The translations under genes were made by a program, and so were the position numbers. A stretch of 64,000 nucleotides of DNA, from NCBI GenBank assembly GCA_002269645.1, contig NIVC01002064.1, forward strand, positions 144,133 through 208,132, in the 5' to 3' direction. This DNA comes from Macrostomum lignano (taxonomy: Eukaryota). Below the pieces are notes generated by a model. It was not told where the DNA came from. It did no database searches and was given only the letters and a program-made list of their open reading frames with translations. Every line of letters starts with the position of its first letter. Positions within the stretch are counted from its first letter, which is position 1. Shown here piece after piece: positions 61,001 through 64,000 of this stretch.

Positions 61001-63828
61001 TGGCCGCCGTCATGCTGCATGGCACTGCCGCGGCTGTTAGAGATGGTTGGTACTTTTATTTTGAGTCTCCTCAGTTGCTGGGCCAGCCTCCCAGATCCTC
61101 AGTTGCTGGGCCAGCCTCCCAGATCCTCAGTTGCTGGCTAGCCTCCCAGATCCTCAGTTGCTGGGCCATCCTCCCAGATCCTCAGTTGCTAGGCCACTAT
61201 CCCAGATCCTCACCAGCTGCCCGCATCCTCAGTTGCTGGGCCACCACCACCCTCCAGATCCTCACCTGCTGCCCAGATCATCAGTTGCTGAGCCAGCCTC
61301 CCAGATACTCAGTTGCTAAGCTAGCCCTCCCAGATCCTCAGTTGCTGGGCCAGCCTCCCAGATCCTCAGTTGCTAGGCCAGCCTCCCAGATCCTCAGTTG
61401 CTGGGCCAGCCTCCCAGATCCTCAGTTGCTGGGCCAGCCTCCCAGATCCTCAGTTGCTGAGCCACCTGCCAGTCCCAGATCCTCAGTTGCTAGGCCAGCC
61501 TCCCAGATCCTCAGTTGCTGGGAGCCAGCCTCCCAGATCCTCAGTTGCTGGCCAGCCTCCCAGATCCTCAGTTGCTAGGCCAGCCTCCCGCATCCTCAGT
61601 TGCTGGCCACCACCACCCTCACAGATCCTCAGTTGCTGGGCCAACCTCCCAGATCCTCAGTTGCTGGGCCAGCCTCCCAGATCCTCAGTTGCTAGGCCAG
61701 CCTCCAGATCCTCAGTTGCTGGGCCAGCCTCCGCAGATCCTCAGTTGCTGGTCCAGCCTCCCAGATCCTCAGTTGCTAGGCCAGCCTCCCGCATCCTCAG
61801 TTGCTGGGCCACCACCACCCTCACAGATCCTCAGTTGCTAGGCCAGCCTCCCAGATCCTCAGTTGCTGGCCAGCCTCCCAGATCCTCAGTTGCTGAGCCA
61901 CCTGCCAGCCTCCCAGATCCTCAGTTGCTGGGCCAGCCTCCCAGATCCTCAGTTGCTGGGCCAGCCTCCCAGATCCTCAGTTGCTGGCCAGCCTCCCAGA
62001 TCCTCAGTTGCTGAGCCACCTGCCAGCCTCAGATCCTCAGTTGCTAGGTCAGCCTCCCAGATCCTCAGTTGCTGGGCCAGCCTCCCAGATCCTCAGTTGC
62101 TAGGCCAGCCTCCCAGATCCTCAGTTGCTAGGCCAGCCTCCCGCATCCTCAGTTGCTAGACCAGCCTCCCAGATCCTCAGTTGCTGGCCACCACACCACC
62201 CTCACAAATCCTCAGTTGCTGGCCACCACCACCTCACAAATCCTCAGTTGCTGGGCCACCACCCCCTCACAGATCTTTATTTCTGTAGGCAACCCATTCT
62301 GGCCCATCGGCAGTTTATAAATACATGAAATGCCATCAAATTTCAAGCATAATTAATTTACACCATCTTCGCACCCATCGCAGCCGCCATGGCCGCCTCA
62401 ATCGATTGCCAGACGCCGGTTCCATCAAGCGCCGCGGCAGCCGACCCGTCGGCCAATGCCCTGCTGTCCGGCCTGTCCCGCTACGCCGCCAGAGTCCTGC
62501 TGCCTCTCTGGTACAGCCCGATCGTGTCTGAACGGCGCGGCTGCTTCTTAGTCAGCCGATTAGAATCCGACGAGCTTGGCTGGTTCTCGTCTCATCTGAC
62601 TCACCTGTTCAGATTTGTGCAATCCAATCTAAGCCCAGCTAAGCGCTTCGGCTAGGGGCCGCGTTGAAGCTGAGAGTCAACAGCGGGCCTACAAATTGTT
62701 GCAATTGATTTCTACTAATTTGGAACTGTTGAACCTGTGGAAACTGCTGGCTGAGCATCAGTTCTATCTTGTGGCAGGTTTGTACTGATTCAAATTGCAC
62801 ATTACCCTTGTGTACTTTATACTGCACATTACCCCTTGTTCCATACTTTATACTACCCATTACCCCTTGTCCCATACTTATACTGCACATTACCCCCTTG
62901 TTCATACTTTATACTGCACATTACCTTTGTCCCATACTTTATACTGCCATTACCCCTTGTTCCATACTTTATACTGCACATTACCCCTTGTCCCATACTT
63001 TATACTGCACATTACCCCTTGTTCCATACTTTATACTGCACATTACCCCTTGTCCCATACTTTATACTGCACATTACCCCTTGTTCCATACTTTATACTG
63101 CACATTACCCCTTGTCCCATACTTTATACTGCACATTACCCCTTGTTCCATACTTTATACTGCACATTACCCTTTGTCCATACTTTATACTGCACATTAC
63201 CCTTGTCCCATACTTTATACTCCACATTACCCCTTGTTCCATACTTTATACTGCACATTACCCTTTGTCCCATACTTTATACTGCACATTACCCCTTGTT
63301 CCATACTTTATACTGCACATTACCCATTGTGTCCCATGCTCTGCACTATTGTCACAGAAATTTCAAGCCTCAAGAACCTCCCCGACCACAATCGATTGTT
63401 TTACAGACGCCTGACAGAAGACGAGCGCGCACACGCTTCGTGGAACGCGTTTCGAGACCTACTTCTGGCTAAGAATCGCCTACTGCTCAATCGTTTAATC
63501 GCCTGTCTGCTTGAGCACTACCTGGCCGACAGCGCCAGCGTTGACAGCATCTCTAACAAGCTGCAGGAGGCCTGCTCATCGCTCTATACTCCGCAGGATG
63601 CCCTGTGTGCCAAGGCTAACGAAATGCTGCAAGCGCTGCCGGCGAGCCGCTCGACCGTCGGACCAGCCTGTTGGCCGAGGCCGGCCGGCTGTACAGGGAG
63701 GCCGGCACCTCCGTCAGCCTGGCCGATGTGCTGCCCCGGCTAGAGGCTCTGCAGGCCTACGAGACTATGGCCGGATTGTGCCTGGCCTTGGCCAAGCAGT
63801 GGGATCCTCAGGTGCGCGTCTGTGTGTG

Positions 63829-63864
<36 letters not shown>

Positions 63865-64000
63865 CTGTCTGTCTGTCTGTCTGTCTGTGTCAGTCAGTCC
63901 GCCCGCTTCGCATTAGCATTCCTACCCTTGCCGCCCCGCCCACCAGGATCGCGCTCTGCACTTCACACGCGAAGGCCGGAAGCCGCACACGGAGGCGGAC
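58025..64000 (+). CDS. NUP155: Nuclear pore complex protein Nup155 (Nup170 family), 5' part, runs off window end; several apparent frameshifts
   Basis: Exons 58025-58819, 59508-60065, 60627-61045, 62384-62777, 63358 (or 63407)-63811, 63947 onward. Motifs SYPDL, [107 protein letters not shown]. Confidence 0.93.
58893..59416. repeat. (CTGA)n microsatellite in NUP155 intron 1
   Basis: Direct reading. Confidence 0.97.
60140..60505. repeat. 35-bp minisatellite (CAGTCCAGCCACTTTCCAATGCTTCAGTGTGGCGC) in NUP155 intron 2
   Basis: Direct reading. Confidence 0.92.
61067..62272. repeat. 28-bp minisatellite in NUP155 intron 3
   Basis: Direct reading. Confidence 0.95.
62805..63330. repeat. 31-bp minisatellite (CACATTACCCCTTGTTCCATACTTTATACTG) in NUP155 intron 4
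   Basis: Direct reading. Confidence 0.95.

Overview
Eukaryotic (metazoan) genomic DNA: GC-rich exons with GT-AG introns packed with minisatellites and microsatellites. The style fits a free-living flatworm such as Macrostomum; that assignment is an inference, not a database match. Genes reconstructed by hand from splice sites and reading-frame phase: (1) first coding exon of a rhodopsin-family peptide GPCR (minus, ~11.4-11.8 kb); (2) a 3-exon WS/DGAT-fold acyltransferase-like gene (plus, 16.9-22.9 kb) whose HHxxxDG motif reads HPSFADG; (3) a PX-PH-2xHKD phospholipase D (minus, 27.0-41.0 kb) with candidate extra exons in the loop intron; (4) CDC16/APC6 (plus, 48.2-52.4 kb); (5) a C5orf63-type glutaredoxin-like gene (plus) whose mitochondrial-presequence-like N-terminus has no genomic ATG but follows a branchpoint/acceptor in phase 0; (6) an interferon regulatory factor (IRF) DNA-binding-domain gene split by frameshifts and not evident from the ORF track (55.6-57.0 kb); (7) NUP155 (plus, 58.0 kb to window end) with several frameshifts. 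Mobile DNA: a dead DD34D mariner with perfect TIRs, two tRNA-derived SINE families, an RTE-type LINE fragment nested in a SINE, and several MITE/foldback elements. About 30 tandem arrays explain most long ORFs in the track. No CRISPR array, rRNA or true tRNA gene, and no prokaryotic system. The strongest leads are the hidden IRF gene, a possibly spliced-leader-initiated glutaredoxin within a candidate CDC16-C5orf63-IRF-NUP155 operon, and the WS/DGAT pseudoenzyme.
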